Positions 33,101-47,700 are shown, counted from the first letter of the whole stretch. The stretch: DNA of 63,846 nucleotides, filler included, from Licmophora abbreviata (GCA_900291995.1; 17 parts of 17 records of this genome joined end to end with filler, not necessarily neighbours in it); one strand, 5' to 3'. Program-made: numbers and translations. Notes: a model not told the origin generated them from the letters alone.

Positions 33101-36100
33101 CGACGTGAAAAATAGTCCAACAAAATGTACAATCAATGACACGGCATATTTGATCGTAACGAACCTCTTTCCCGTTGTGGCAGTAGTGTATCGTTCCACT
33201 GTACGAGCCTTCAGTCACCTGCTCGGTCGTCCATCCTCGACTCTTGAGCGAAGGCCAAAGCGTCTCGCCGAAAAGGCTCAGCATTCCGCGTTTCGAAGTG
33301 AGAGCCTGCTTCCCCGCATATTCATGGAGAGCACGCTCCAGCTTCCCTCTGGGTCTAGGAGCAAGATTCTGAGCATCAAACGAGGCGTCAACGAGGACTT
33401 GGTTTGCCCAGGAGGAGTTTGACGACAACAACTTCGCGAACGCCAACTGCACATCATCTTTCAGGTTGGGCCGATTCGGCTCGAGAGCTTGAGGATTTCC
33501 CAGCACTCCACCTTCCGTCGCTTTGCTCTCAGACGACGATCCTTCTGACTCACGCTTCTTGTCCGCGGCGCGTTCAGCTCTTTTCTTCGCATTCTGGGCT
33601 TCTTCCTGTGCAGTCTCACGGAAGATGACAAGAAGCGTCGCCCAACACATGCGCCTCACCTGGTTCGTTAAGAGGACGACATAGTGCGTAAGCAATTTGG
33701 ACAAACCATGCGAAAAGTTCACAAGAAGTGTACGTACCGCATTGATGCTGTATTTTGAGGCATCAAGACCCGTTTTCTCACGGAAACTTTTCCATGGGAG
33801 GTTTCCGTATCCGAAACACTGAAGAGACTTCACCAACGCATTCATATCTGCTTTCCCCCATTCGTCGTTTCTATTTCCACCCCAGCGAGCCTTTTCTTTT
33901 CGCTTCTTTCTCCTCTTCGCAGATGGCATATCAGGATTGGTCTGTCCTGGCACGGGTGTAGACTTTGGAGACAGCGAGGCGTCATCCGTGTCACTCTCGT
34001 ACTCAGCCGAAGAGGATTCGTCATTGTCACTGTCACTCATCACAATGACACCCTCAATCTTGCGGTCAAAGTCGAGCTCAGAGTAGTTTGTTTTGTTCCT
34101 TTTTCGCTTCCTGCCGGTCAAGTCGTCCCCAGCGGTCGACTTCATATGCTCTTCGCCGACCATTTTCGACCAGAATTCGGGGTCATCAATGTCGATTTCT
34201 TCAGTTTCACCACTTGCAAGCGCAGCACTGGGAGATTTCTGTGCTTTGAAGCTCGCCTTAGAAAAGGTGCCACCTGCAGCGCCGCTGCCGCTTCCAGTGT
34301 TGTCATGTACAACGGTTTTGCTTCGACGAGCCAGAATGGAGTCGATATCCTGTTGCACGAACTCGTTTGATTCTAATTCAGCCGTACCAGCCTTCTCTTC
34401 GTTGAAAATATCGTACGCACCATGTCGAAGCAACCGCTCTACTTCCTCTTTCGTCATGGTACCCTATGACGAACCAGCGCGAAGGCTGCGTATAAGGGGC
34501 TTGAAGCACTCAGAATGACACAATGACAGCGACACAAAAGAGCTTACCTCGCCCGAACTAGAGCCGCTTTCGAATCCCTGGAGTACAGCTTGGTCGAGTC
34601 CCATCTTCATCGAGGCTAGGTGAAACATTTGCATCTCATAGGTCTTGCGAGTCAAGAGGCGATAGACTTTTACACTCTTTGTCTGCCCAATACGATGACA
34701 ACGCGCTTGGGCCTGGAGGTCGTTTTGTGGGTTCCAATCTGAGTCAAAAATAATGCATGTGTCTGCCGCTGTCAAATTGATGCCAACACCCCCTGCACGA
34801 GTAGAAAGCAGCATGATGAACGGCGCTTCCGACCCATCAGAAGGAGCATTCTGGAACCTATCAATGGCCATCTGCCGTTTGTGACCAGTAATGGAGCCAT
34901 CGATACGCTCTGATTTCACCTCTCGAGCGATGAGATAATCCTCCAGGAGATCGAGCATGATCCGAAACTGGGAAAACAAAAGAACCTTGTGTCCATTCTC
35001 CTTGAGTCGCGGAAGTAGCTTGTCTAGAAGAACCAGCTTTCCCGAGGCTTTTGCAAGAAAATCACCGTCAGGTAAATCGTCGGCTTCCCGTGAGCGCACC
35101 TCCTCTTCGACGCCATTCAGTAAGAATGGGTGGTTGCAACACTTGCGGAGCTGCATGGCAAGATTGCTCAGACTAGGACCATCGAGCGCCTTTCGTTTGT
35201 TCTTGTGAAGGAACTGGACGTTCTTTTCGTAGAGCGCCCGGTAGTACTGCTTCTGCAGAATGGTCAGCTCGACTTCAATTAGAGTTTCCTCCTTGGGAGG
35301 AACGGACTTCTCTACATCTTCTTTCAGGCGCCGTAGAATGTACGGGCGAATCGATTCATGGAGCTCGTCGATTCTTTCTTTGCTTTTGATATCACCGAAG
35401 CGCTCCAGGAACGTCTCAAGGTCTTCATATTTATCCCGATTGATGAAGTTCAAGAGTGTCCACAGCTCTCGCATGTCATTTTGGATTGGTGTTCCTGTAA
35501 GGAGAAGGGTATGACCGAAGGAAAACTTCTTATTTCGAAGATTGGAGGCAAGCTTGGAGTTATGGTTCTTCAGGCGGTGTGCCTACGACAACATAAATAG
35601 CGAGAATACGATACAGCGTGTGATTGAGCGACGTCGACAATATAGGAAGCAACCGACCGTGATTCCTCAACCGGGCTACACACACCTCATCCACGACAAT
35701 CGTTTCCCAATCGACAGCAGCGAGCTCTATATAGTCGTCCGTGACAAGCATCTCCGGTGTCGTAATAATGACTTCAGCCATCCAGATCCGCTCCGCCTTG
35801 GATCGCGCTTTTGCCATGCACTTCTCGAGATATTTCTGATTGAACGCGACGCCGTTCTTCGGACGATCGCATTGAAAGGGGAACTCGAACTCACGGATGC
35901 ACTCTCGGTCGACAGCAGATCCGCGATAGATAATTGTGTTGAGCTCAGTCCACCCGGTAAATTCTCTGTACCAATGAGGAATGGTAGACAACGGTGCGAC
36001 AATGAGGAATGGTCCACGGCGTTTCATTCGAGACGCTATCAGATGGATAAACGCCGCGGTTTGAATCGTCTTGCCAAGACCCATTTCATCAGCTAGAATG

Positions 36101-37535
36101 GACGAACGACCGTTGACGTAGTTGGCAGTCAGCCATGCCACTCCCTCGGCTTGGTAGTCACGAAGCTGCCCCCCATTCTTGAAAACATTTTCCTCAAGCT
36201 CCTTTCGATAGGCTTTTACTGTTGCTTCTCGGTCCTCCTCACGAATGTTACTCTTGTCCCCAAATATCTTGTAGCTGCGCCGCTTCTCCGCTTCGGCAGA
36301 ATTGAGAACGCTTCTAAGATCGCTCTTCGACGGCTGATGCACAAGACAAAAGGGAATTAAATGATTTGGTGTGAGAGTAGACCGCAAAGATAGTTCATTC
36401 ATGTGATATGAGGATTTGATCGTACCTTTTTGTTCCGCGTCTCGAAAGCCTTGAGCTTCTCCACATAATCAATGTCACGCAGGATCAGATCACGTTCAAA
36501 CTCAAAAGTCGCATCAGAATACGCTGTATTCCCCCACTTCACCAAGAGCTGGCGACCCGTCCCTAGCTCGAAGTTTTCGTCTTTTTTGTCCATTACAAGT
36601 CCATACTTGGCAATAACCGGGTCGTCACTCTTGACCTCTGGAACGTCATCTGGGTGACACACGTCGAGGATTCGGTCAATCTGTACATAGGCAGGATCAA
36701 AATAGTCCCCGTCACACCGTTCGTCAGCATCAAACAAGTATCCATTCTCGCTCTTTCGGAAGAAAGTCGTCAGGTATGTTTTTCCTCCTTCCGCCTGGTC
36801 GACAAGATCCTCTTGTGTCTCCCAGGAGCAGTGCAAATAGCTCAAGTCTGACCATTTCACGAGAAACCGCTCTTCGAACGCATCGAGATCTTCCTCGTCA
36901 TCCTCAGACTCCTCTCCTTCCTGAAACCATCGACTTCCATAGTCGATTTCGGACGTGTTGATGCCCTTGCAGATGTCACGCCAATTCCGACGCGACTCTG
37001 ACCGCGAAGCTACAATCCGTTGAATCTTGAGCAACTCTTCCTCCTCCTCTTCGTCTTCCGATTCCCCACTCCCTTCTTCCTCTTCCTCGGAAGAAAAGTC
37101 TTCCTCGTCCACTGGCACTTCAATGCGCATAGTACGACGACGCGAAGAATGTCGCACGGCCGGCGACTTTGGGTGGCGGGAACTAACGGCCTTGCGGGGC
37201 GTATGGCGCGGAGTTTCGGGTCCGTCCTCACTGTCGCGACCAGAAACAGCATTCGTTCCCCCCAACAGGTCGGAAATTTGATCCGTGGGTTCCTTCATAC
37301 TCTTTCGGAACATGTTCGTACGAGATGAGGCGCGTTTTAGAGGGTCCTTGCTGTTCTTGGATCCAGGTGGCGACCGCGGCGGTGTGCCTGAGATGTCGTC
37401 CTCTTCTTCCTCATCGTCTGGGGAGGACGACGGGGTAGTTTGGGAGGGATCGTCCTCGCTGTCCTCGGCACCACTGTCATTGATCTTGGGGCCTTGTGCA
37501 GCGTTGCGACGTGGGTTCCGGCGCGATCCAATCAT
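30192..37535 (-). CDS. CHD-family chromatin remodeller (tandem chromodomains plus SNF2 helicase)
   Basis: Chromodomains [16 protein letters not shown] and [67 protein letters not shown]. Seven exons approx. 37535-36426, 36333-35686, 35582-34548, 34463-33738, 33659-33165, 33078-30697, 30621-30192. Confidence 0.92.
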
Positions 37536-38504
37536 GTCGACGAGGATCTTTGATTCGCTGTACGGTCTCGTGGAGGTAGTAGAACGGGAAACCGCGACAC
37601 GGTATCAATGTCGAGTCGATCGAGAAGAATTCTTCAAATGAAAGATAATTCGTCTCTGAATTTTCCTGAAGGCCAAGAGAGGCAATGAGCGAGGGCGTGT
37701 GAGGTCAATGCTCTTTCACAACAAAGCTGGCGTGTTCGGCTTGTCTCTCCATTGCACCCACAGCGTTGCCGCACCACAATGCTGGCACAATGTTTCCCGC
37801 CCAAATTTGATTTGGCGCGCTTTTTTAAATCCCAATGCTGTTGGCGGTCCTTCTCCATGTTTCAACACGATTACATACCGTTTCAAGACTAGAGGAGGCC
37901 AGGAATGTGGGTTGTGACCAAAAAACTCCCTGCTGCAATGTCGGTGATTCCAAACAGGCAACTTTGGACGAAGCCTTTGTGTCCGAAAGGGTGCGCCAAA
38001 GTTGGTTTTGATTTTTGGTGCTAAAGCTACGTCGATATCTACGTACTTTGTCTGTTGATGAACTCAGGCTGTCAGATTCGAAACGTACTTCCCGTGTGAA
38101 GCGAACTATGATATGACTCTGCTCGAGTGTCTGAGTTCTTGAGTGCATTTCTTCTCAGTACATATTGAATGTACATACGTGTTTCAGTGTACTCATTCCA
38201 CGAAGATTCTGCGAGCGCGCCGATCCTCCCCCCACCTCCGTAGAAGCTACGTAACTTTTCTACTGCAGCAATATCATACGGTTCGGCAAATCGCCCTTTT
38301 TTCAACGCCGGTCCCACACGCACAACAACGCACAACCACACACAAGAAAGAGCGAGAACTCGCCGAACTTCAAACTCCACAATCACAATCTCACACATTC
38401 ATTGCATCGAGAGAGACCTCGCGAAGAGATCAAAGACTCGAGCTCCCTTTCATCGATCTCTCCTCGTTGGAAGCTCATCCTCATCCCTCCGCATTGCCAA
38501 AATC

Positions 38505-39541
38505 ATGGGACGCTCCACTCGTCAAGCACCAGAAGCTGAAGCGGACACGGACACGGACAAGGCCGTGCAGGACGTCGTTGATTCGGTCGTGGCAGCTGCG
38601 GCTGCCGATGCGCCTATTGGCACGCCCGTCAAGAAGAAGCGTCTCTGCCGTCATCCGGGATGCTCCAAGGTGATCAAGTCCCAAGGCCACTGCCAGCGGC
38701 ATGGGGCCAAGGCCAAGCGCTGTAAGGTCGAGGGATGCGAGAAGCAAGCCCAGGGGACCCACGAAGGCATGTGCAAGCGTCACTGGAAGGCTGTGCACTT
38801 CCCTCCTCCGCCAACCAAGGCCGAGGACCAGCCCCCTCCTGCCGAAGGACAGAGCGTGTACGATAACATTCTCCCCGCCAGCATCTCGTACCGCCCTCCC
38901 AACGTCCCCAAGGATGCCGCCTCCGACGAGGCCGCTGCCGCTTCCGCCCTGGCCAGTGGAATGGAAGCGAGTCCCCCGGAAGGCGTCACGCTCATGCCCC
39001 TCGTCGCGTTCCTTCGCGAAGGCTCNNNNNNNNNNNNNNNNNNNNNNNNNNNNNNNNNNNNNNNNNNNNTTAATTAATTAANNNNNNNNNNNNNNNNNNN
39101 NNNNNNNNNNNNNNNNNNNNNNNNNCCCTCGTCGCGTTCCTTCGCGAAGGCTCGACCAACGAAGCGGGCTGGCACCGCAATGCGGAACGCCGTGCGCGTG
39201 GCTTGTTCGCCGTCACGTCCCTCTCGAGTCAGCTCGAACCGTGGGAACGTCAGCTGGCCCTGGTGGAGATCCTCCTCCTCTCAGGAGGCACGCCGTATTC
39301 GAACTTCAAGGACTTGGCGCATGGGTGGGGACGCGAGAAGGGCTTCCACAACTTGCTGGCGACGTCGGTGTGTGAGCGACGTGGTGAAGTGGAACGCAAG
39401 AAACGGAGCGACTATGGTCAGCCTGGAGGTAGTCGCAAAAAGAAGGCCAAGAAAGACGGGGACCCTGAGGAACTCAAAGTGGCGTCTGTGGACGATCTAG
39501 TGGAAGAAGACAAGAAGGAAGCTGCTGTTGAAGAAGTTTAA
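38505..39541 (+). CDS. Protein with two C-x4-C-x10-C-x2-H zinc-finger repeats (WRKY19-like), 302 aa
   Basis: CRHPGCSKVIKSQGHCQRHG and CKVEGCEKQAQGTHEGMCKRH. The 39026 gap closes in frame through a 28-nt overlap. Basic NLS-like RKKKAKK. Confidence 0.8.
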
Positions 39542-39717
39542 GGGGGACCAGCAGCCTAGGGACAACGTGTTAGGGAATCGTCCATATGTGTTGCGACAGA
39601 TATAGTGATAATTACATGTACGAACTCAAAGAAGCGCAATCTCAAATATCCATGATTCTATGTACTACTGTATGACAGAGCGCGTCTCTACGCCATGAAG
39701 ATAGCCTCGCGGATGGA

Positions 39718-40312
39718 TCATAATTCATGAAGTCGGATAAGCATGATAACATGATCGCTTGCTCCAGAGATCTGGGTAATATAGCGAGACGTGCAAGGGG
39801 CGAGAGTGAGCGAAACAGAGCATGATGGTTTATACATGACGATGATGATGGGCCCGACACGTTGTTCTGGTCGCACGTACATTGGACCACGTCCACAAAA
39901 AGACAGAAACAGAAAAACCGTGCGACGCCAACTTTCGGTTTGCAGCGGGCGCCCATTCCCTCTGGAGTCGTGGCACCGCGTCCTTCACAGTCGCAACATC
40001 GTCTCGGATGAGCCCACAGCATGCGGTCGTATAGGGAATGCCTTCACAGGCCGCGACCAAAGTTTCGTAGAGATTCTCCTCGTTCCAAGCTTTCTGGGCC
40101 TTCCGAAACGATTCTTCCGTTGCCCCCTGTCCTTCCATTGGCTCCAGCGGTCGATGAATGTCAAAGTCGGGTTCGGACTGCACTTCGAACGCGCCCACGA
40201 CGCCGGGAGCTCTCTGCCACTTGTACATGCTGTTGTCGCGCGTCGATGGCATGTACTTTTTGTTCTGGGGGACCTCCTCTTGGTCGCCGATCACGTCTGT
40301 AGGTAGTGTCAT
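39718..40312 (-). CDS. Hypothetical protein (two exons)
   Basis: Exon 40312-39881, intron 39880-39772 (GTACGT...CAG), exon 39771-39718 reading ISGASDHVIMLIRLHEL*. Confidence 0.65.
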
Positions 40313-40750
40313 GGTATAGAAGGCTGCAGTGACGGGGAAAGATTCATTCTACCGATACAGAAGACAAGACAGGCAACATCAGTTGCGCTGTGGATGTGTG
40401 TNNNNNNNNNNNNNNNNNNNNNNNNNNNNNNNNNNNNNNNNNNNNTTAATTAATTAANNNNNNNNNNNNNNNNNNNNNNNNNNNNNNNNNNNNNNNNNNN
40501 NGAAAGATTCATTCTATCGATACAGAAGACAAGACAGGCAACATCAGTTGCGCTGTGGATGTGTGTTCGTGTCATGCCGTCATGTTTTGTGTTGAGTGAT
40601 GCCACCGGCCGCGTCTGTACTGTGCACGCCAATGCGATCTAACACGCGTGAAATTTTTTCTGGCTCACTTTTTGGTGCAACGACGACGACGATCCACGCG
40701 ACCATGATGGCGCCGCTGTGAGGAAATCAATACCTTTCCACCGCAGAGTC

Positions 40751-41673
40751 ATGTCTTCCAAAGCCTATTATAAAAGTTCCGTCGCGCCGAAACTATTGCA
40801 TCGCTGGTTTCATCCAAACTCCTCCTCGCCTCCAAAGGCCATCGTCGAGATCTGGACCACCACGTGTATTGTGACCAACTTTGGCAAGAAGGCGAACTGC
40901 AGTATCTTGATCAATCCCAGCAATCCGCAGCTTTCGGGTGTTCGAAACTTTCCTTACTTTCCTCGGTAATTCAACGTCGGTGGAGTACATAGCGGTGGTC
41001 TTCCACGCCGCTTCCTGACTTTTGCTCCGGTGTACTCACAGTAGGTCACTCCTCTTGTTTTTGTAGCGGCGGCCCCGTCCCGAAAGAACGGCCCATGTCT
41101 ATGCACAAGGACTGGCAGCCACTCGGATATGTATCGCAATGGGGTGGTATGGAGGTTGGGAATGGCATGCTCTACCCTGTCTCAGTTGTGGACGGACTTG
41201 TCCACCAAATGGGTGGGTGGCAGTTGGAGGCGGCGTGCCGATGGAAGCAAACGATGGCTTCCGTCGTGAGAAACACGGACGCCTGTCCTGTGGGACAGGC
41301 CGTCATGACGCCGTCTGGGGGGACACTTGGACAGCATTACGATCATATAATTCACACGACGCCGCCTTTTTATGATTGCAAGGAGGAGGAGGAGGGAGAT
41401 TCTGTTCGGGACGCACTGTATGAGTGCTATCGGAATGCCTTGATTCTGGCGCTTGCCCGCAACAGCCGTGTCGCGACTCCACTGCTGGGGGCGGGGGCGC
41501 GAGGCTTCCCGGAATCGGTGGCGATCGACGTGGCCGCGCAGGCATGCAGCGACTGGTGTTGTGAGGGAGCAATGGGTCAAGAGGAAAAGGTCGTTGCGTT
41601 TGGTTTGCTCGAGGAATCACTCGCAGATGACTTGATCGCTGCCCTGGAGCAGCACGCACCAACTAGACAATAA
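40751..41673 (+). CDS. Macro domain (ADP-ribose binding/hydrolase) protein
   Basis: ILINPSNPQL, VDGLVHQMGG, CPVGQAVMT, IIHTTPPFY, LYECYRNAL, ATPLLGAGARGFP. Intron 40966-41066 restores the frame. Confidence 0.85.
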
Positions 41674-41744
41674 CAGTGGCTTTCTCGAGCTAAAAAAGAG
41701 GCACTATCCAGAACGTGTTGACTTTTCTATTATCCTGGTGTTAG

Positions 41745-44700
41745 TCATGGCATGCTCACATTCAGCATGGGGGCAATCTTCTTCGACAGAATTCTTTGAA
41801 CCAAAGAACGAATCTCTTCGCTTTGAACACGGACCAAAGAACACAACACGGGGAAAAACGCTTGCGTGTGTCTTGCAAACTGTTCCGGCTCGATCGCAAG
41901 CATCACGTTCAGAATGCCAACGACGACGCCTGCAAAGGACGTGCAGTATATGGCCATCTTGCCGCCGCTTTCACTCGCATTTCTCCAAACGTTCGGATCA
42001 ATGAGGTGAGCTTCCCGTTGCTCCGATGCCTGAAACTTCTCCAGGACATCCATCATGCGTTCCAGCAGTAGTGGCTCGGCAAAACTCTCACGATCCCAGT
42101 CATCCAGCCCCTTGCTTTGAAACAAAATCGACAGCATGATGACAATATTATTCGATGCGCTCGCTTCCTGAGTCAAGAAGAACATGGCGCTTCCGCGGCG
42201 CTGGGACAGGCGACCCGAATTTAGGGCTTCCTCGACTTCTTCCACGCCGTCCCCCCAGTTGCTAAACATTTCTTCCTGGAAAATGTGGGACAAGTCTTCG
42301 TTGCGGCTGGCCTTATGTGCCATGGCGCGAGATTGATTCAGCGCATTCAGTAGCGACGTGGTGACAGACTCAGGCGCTAGAGGCACAAATGTGTCAAGCA
42401 CTTCAAAGAGAGACTGTTGTAGACAGTATGCCGTAATACAACGCGTCTTGAGAGCCGGCACCAACTTTTCCCAGTACGTTTCTTTGGAAGGGGCGATACG
42501 ATTCTTTGAAAGAGAGGCAATACGAGACAATGGTTAGCGTCGAGGGTATTGGTTGGCGCGTAGCGCACCCCTTAGCCTTACCTCTTCGCATGGGCCGGCG
42601 TGGCGACGATCGAGACTCCGGCTCCTGACACGACAATGTTCCAGGTGCCGGTCGGTAGAGAGTCGCGCCGAAGTCGAGAGCGATGCCATTCATCGTCAGT
42701 CCAACAGTTCTACCATTTGAGTCGGCATTCGAGTATGTATCCTTCCTGCGTCGCACCAGGCGTCCCTTTCCGTAAGGTGTGTACATGATTACCTCAACGT
42801 CGACTTCATCTTCTTCGTGAGTCACAGTGGTTCGGAGAGGCGCACGCGAGGAAGTGCCATTGGTAGTAGCCGCTTCAACGTCATGATCGTCTTGGTGATG
42901 AGCCTCCTCTACTGCAACCTTCGAATCTTCCGTGATACCGTAAGCCTTCAGTTTAAGACGAACCAGCTCATCCGCCACGCCATCCTCCACAGTGACAACG
43001 GTCGCCAGCGTGTCAGCAATACTATCGAACACGGAAGCAGCCCAAGCCGCGCCCTCATTCTCATCCAAATCAGAAATGATTTCCACGAGTCGCCTTGGAA
43101 ATCGATTGAACTCCCGACAAGATGCCCGAATTAAGGCTTCGCAGGGTTGCCACGACACACCCTTGTTATCGTGAATAAAGTCATCTCTAGTGATCGGGCG
43201 GGATCCACCCTCGAACGACTCCGGACGACCAATCGCCCACACTTGCAGCTGCTCCAAAACGATTGGCCACAGGACTTCCCGGCCTTCCACCCCTCGACGA
43301 ACGAATATTTCGCTCGAGATGTCAGTTAGCAGTCCAAGTGCGATCGGAGCAGTCGTTGCGACCCAACTGTCAGGGAATGGTTGTTCGCTGAATCCTTCGT
43401 CCTTTCCCTGCGCACATTCAAGCGACTGGTGAGCTTCATGTCATCGGAAACACTATCTGAATGGGCAAGAAAAATGCTTACCTTCTTCAAAAGCTCGTAC
43501 GCGCGGCTCAGATTCCCATCCCCTCCATGTCTCATATCGGCAAAGCTTGCCTCGACCAACAGCTCTGCCGTTCCCAGCGGGCGCTTAGGAGCACTGGAGC
43601 CAAAAATCGCGGAGGGGTGAGAAACCCCGACGACAAATAAATGAAGGTGACAATATATACTGTCTTACCTTTCCTCGGTGTGCGTGCGCTCGGCAAACTT
43701 CCGAAGCCCCTCATCGTCGTGCGGAGGTGGAAGTCTCTGAGACTCAGCCAAGAAATCCAGGCTTGAAACAGAAGGAGTTTCTGACGTGATGCGGATCACA
43801 GGCGACACATCGGCCTCCGCGGCCACCTGAATTGACGGGAGCAGCGATTGCTTGAGAATGGCCGACCACTGGTCTGCGGAGAACATGTGGCCGTGTCTCA
43901 GCAAGATTGCACGTAGCGCCAAAACGCTACCTCGCTGTACCAAGCAACCCACACCACCAGAGATACTGGGAAACGTAGATCTCAAGCCTTGAGTAAGTCC
44001 ATCAAGCAAGGGTCGCCACAGTACCATTTCTAAGGCTTCCTCGTCCGAAAGTTCTGAGTAAGTAAATCCAGCTGCATGCGGGTCACTCGACTATACATCA
44101 AAATGAAAACGTCAATGGCTTAGCGGCACGTAATTGCGAGGATAGGAAATGACGACAGATCGATAGCTTACCTGGGCACCTGAGACAGGCGGAAGAACGC
44201 GATGATCGGCGAGAAGATCCGCGTAGCAGGCAGTGTGACAAAGAGCTCGCATCGATAATCCAATCGGAATAGGTGACGTAGTCTGGTTCGTCTGTACGAA
44301 CGAAAGAGATGCACGACACAGCCCAATGAAATCTTCGACGTTTGCATTTCGATTGCGCTCTTCCAACGCACTCATAGCCTCGTCGCGGCCCACGCCGTCC
44401 ACATCCTCATCGTCTCCGTCCGTGAGGCGACAAAGCTGGTGCAGATGTTCATCAAGGAGTCGTTGCAGAATGGCGAGTCCGAGCGTATTGATTCGCTCAC
44501 TCTGGTCTCCAGCGGAGAGGGTCAGGATAGAAAAGAAAATCTTCCAGCCACTTCGCAAGTTGTGTGACATCGTACGTATCATATTGTCGATACAGCGCAG
44601 AATGAGTTCCCGGATGTCCTCTCTTGTTCCTTTGTTCCCCATAATCTGCAAGAAGGGTCGGAGAAAAATCCTTTGAAAATTGAATTCAGAAAGTTCCGGC

Positions 44701-47700
44701 TTTTCCAAGAACTTAAAACTCAATTGCTTCAATGAATCAACTGCGAAGGTGGTAACCATAGAGTTTTCATGACAACCGATTTTAGCGAAATGGTCGGCCA
44801 TGATACCCCAAACCTGTGCCCATGCGATTCTTGGACGCACATCCATGTTGTAACCAGCAACCTCCACAAGCCGCTGTAGCGAGAATATCCGTGGACCGTC
44901 GTCCCCATGTTTAGATGCTCGAATGTTCGTAGACTTCGAGCCATTCTCAATCTTCCTTGTCGACTGGCCAACACCAGTAATACCACGCTTGGAACCACCT
45001 GATATCTCCATGGCGGAAACCGCCACTAGCTGTTCGATGAAGTGGGCAATACTCTGAGAGGAGAGTGTGACAGTCGACGAGAACACTCGGTCGATAAGCA
45101 CCTCGTTGATCGCAGCCAGAACGGAGCGGCCGTTGCTTTCGTCCAATTCACGTTTGACGTCTGCCTGCGTTTGCTGCCGGAAGAAGCCACCGCCATGAAC
45201 AAGATCTTCTTCGATTTTCTTCTTAGTTTCTTCCTTCTCTTCTTCTGTGAGAAAATTCTCGTCTGCATCCAGTCCAGACGACAGCNNNNNNNNNNNNNNN
45301 NNNNNNNNNNNNNNNNNNNNNNNNNNNNNTTAATTAATTAANNNNNNNNNNNNNNNNNNNNNNNNNNNNNNNNNNNNNNNNNNNNCTCTTCTTCTGTGAG
45401 AAAATTACTCGTCTGCATCCAGTCCAGACGACAGCAGACGAAGTCTTGCAAGCTGTGATATACATTGTAGGACCGGCCCCCAGCTCTCACCAAGATATTC
45501 CCCGTCAATCACTGCGATACTCAATAGAGTCCGAATGCTTTCGATATTCTTGTGTTTCATTTCCTTCACTGACCCAAGGAAGGTGAATTTGGCCAAGGAG
45601 TTGACGAAAGTATCTCGAGCCAGAGACATATTGCTGTGAGCCGCGATGCGCACGGCGTACACAAAACCGTTGAGGCAAACCGCGATACTTCGCTCGTCAT
45701 TGGAGCACTCCAGCACCTGCGAAAGCGTCCCTATCAATGGTCCCCACGTCACGTCGAACATAGGCTTGACAACGTCTGCAGGCGATACGGAGTCCGTAAT
45801 CAGGGCAGATGCCGCCTGCGACTCCCGGTCCGCTTTAGTCCGCCCCGGGCGTTTCTTGAAAAGATGCTCAGTGGCGGTCATCATCTCCACCCTCTCTTTT
45901 CTAAACTTCTCGCGCTTCCGCTCATCAGCACTTGTGCCGAAAAAGGATGCCCCATCGAACAGAAGTGACGAATCCAGACCTTCCTGCTTACCGCCAGCCT
46001 GCCGCTCGCGTGCATCGTCGTCTTCTTTCAACGAAAAGGGGTTGACTTTAATTCGATTGTAAATTCCAGTCAAAAAATCTTCAGGGAGATCGCCACCGTC
46101 GACCGATATACCACGATTATTTCGTATGAAAGAATCGACTGTCATTCGCTTTTCCGGCTTGATACTGGGGTTATGTAGGTCTGTGTTCAGCATGATAACA
46201 GAGAAGGCAAGAATGAAGGCAGTATCGGCTGAGGGGAACACGTCCAAATTCTGACGTGTAAACCGCTCAGCAAACTTTTCCATGATGCGATCGATCTTCT
46301 GCGCTTCGCCAGGAAGTCGAAATCCGGAGAGAAATAACCGAATCGCATCGTCGAATGCTAGATCAGTGAAATCCAGGGCGTCTACGTAGTGGTGCAGCAC
46401 CCTTACGTAGAATCCTGGACCACCCTTCTCGGGATCTTCTTCGGCCTTGACAAAACTTGAATCAGGTTCCCTTCCCAAGACTTCCCCCATCTGAGTTTTG
46501 TCCAGCTTATCTTTGTTTGCAATGAAGAACTGAGCCACCTTGCTGGCTTCAAGTTCAACGAACTTGTTCGCCACAAAGTACTGCAATCCAGTTTTCAGAG
46601 AAAGCGTGAACTTGACAGTACCCAGCTCGAAATTCTGTTCGGCGGTGCGTTTCATTTCAAATGACTCGACAATCTTACCGGCAGCCTCCGAGCTTGCCGA
46701 GCCATTCTCAAGATTTGAAACTGATGACATCTTGCTTTCCTTCGATGCGACGGAACTGTCATCCGTGGAAACTGAACGCTGAGGATCCCGGCCATTCTTC
46801 TTGGCAGGTGTCACAACCGCCAGTCCTACATCGAGTTGGAGCATACTTTGTAATCTCGCAGATGCGCTCTGGTTGCCACCTGTGTCTTCTCCTCCTGGTA
46901 GACCCAGAGCACGAAGAAACGCCTTCAAGATCGTGACCAGCACTTCCGTTCCACCCAAGCTCAGCTCAAAATCTTGCTCCGCTTCCTTCTTGGTTTGAGA
47001 GGACGGTGCGCTAGCTGTCGACTTTCCACTCAGCTTTGTCAGATGGTTCACAATGTCTTTGTACAAATTTACGGCGTCGAAATCGCAATCGTAATTCAAG
47101 AATATTTGCGTGAGCAACGCCGGATCGGAACACAGGGATCGCAAAGACTCGACCACCACCGCTTTTTGATCAAAGGATGAGTTCGGAGATTCCAGCACAC
47201 GTAGAAAAATATTCGACAAAAAGACCTCGATCTCCGATTTCAAGTGGCTCTTGAACTTGTTAACCTAAAACGAGAAAATAGCGAACAATCGTGAGACCTC
47301 AAAATTGTTCCAGCAAAGACAAATCGGTGATTCATGTACGTACCAGCAACAAAAAGATCTTTTGCGAAAGGAATGCTACTTGCGTCCAAGTCGACATACA
47401 GTTCTTCAGCAGCGACACGCAGAGGTAGTGCTGCACAGCGTAGATGAACTTTTCGTCATTACAAAACGCCTTGCCGCTGTACTCCATCACCGCTAGAAGG
47501 AGCTGGAGCGATAGCACTTTCGAGTTTAATGCAAGCGGATCGGCCGATGGTGATGAGCCAAAGGCGCTACTCAACATGCCGGTTGCAGACGTGCTCTTGG
47601 CACCGGTGCCATCCTCGCCGGGCAACGTTTTCGAGCTCAGCTTGCAGAGAGCTCTAAACAAGAGATAGCTGTCGGTATGATACTGGGATGCAAACGCAGG

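Noticed and set aside
45405..45407. Premature stop in the Sec7/BIG gene
   Set aside because: The overlapping copy left of the gap lacks the extra base and reads through (DADENFLTEEE), so this is a contig-end error.
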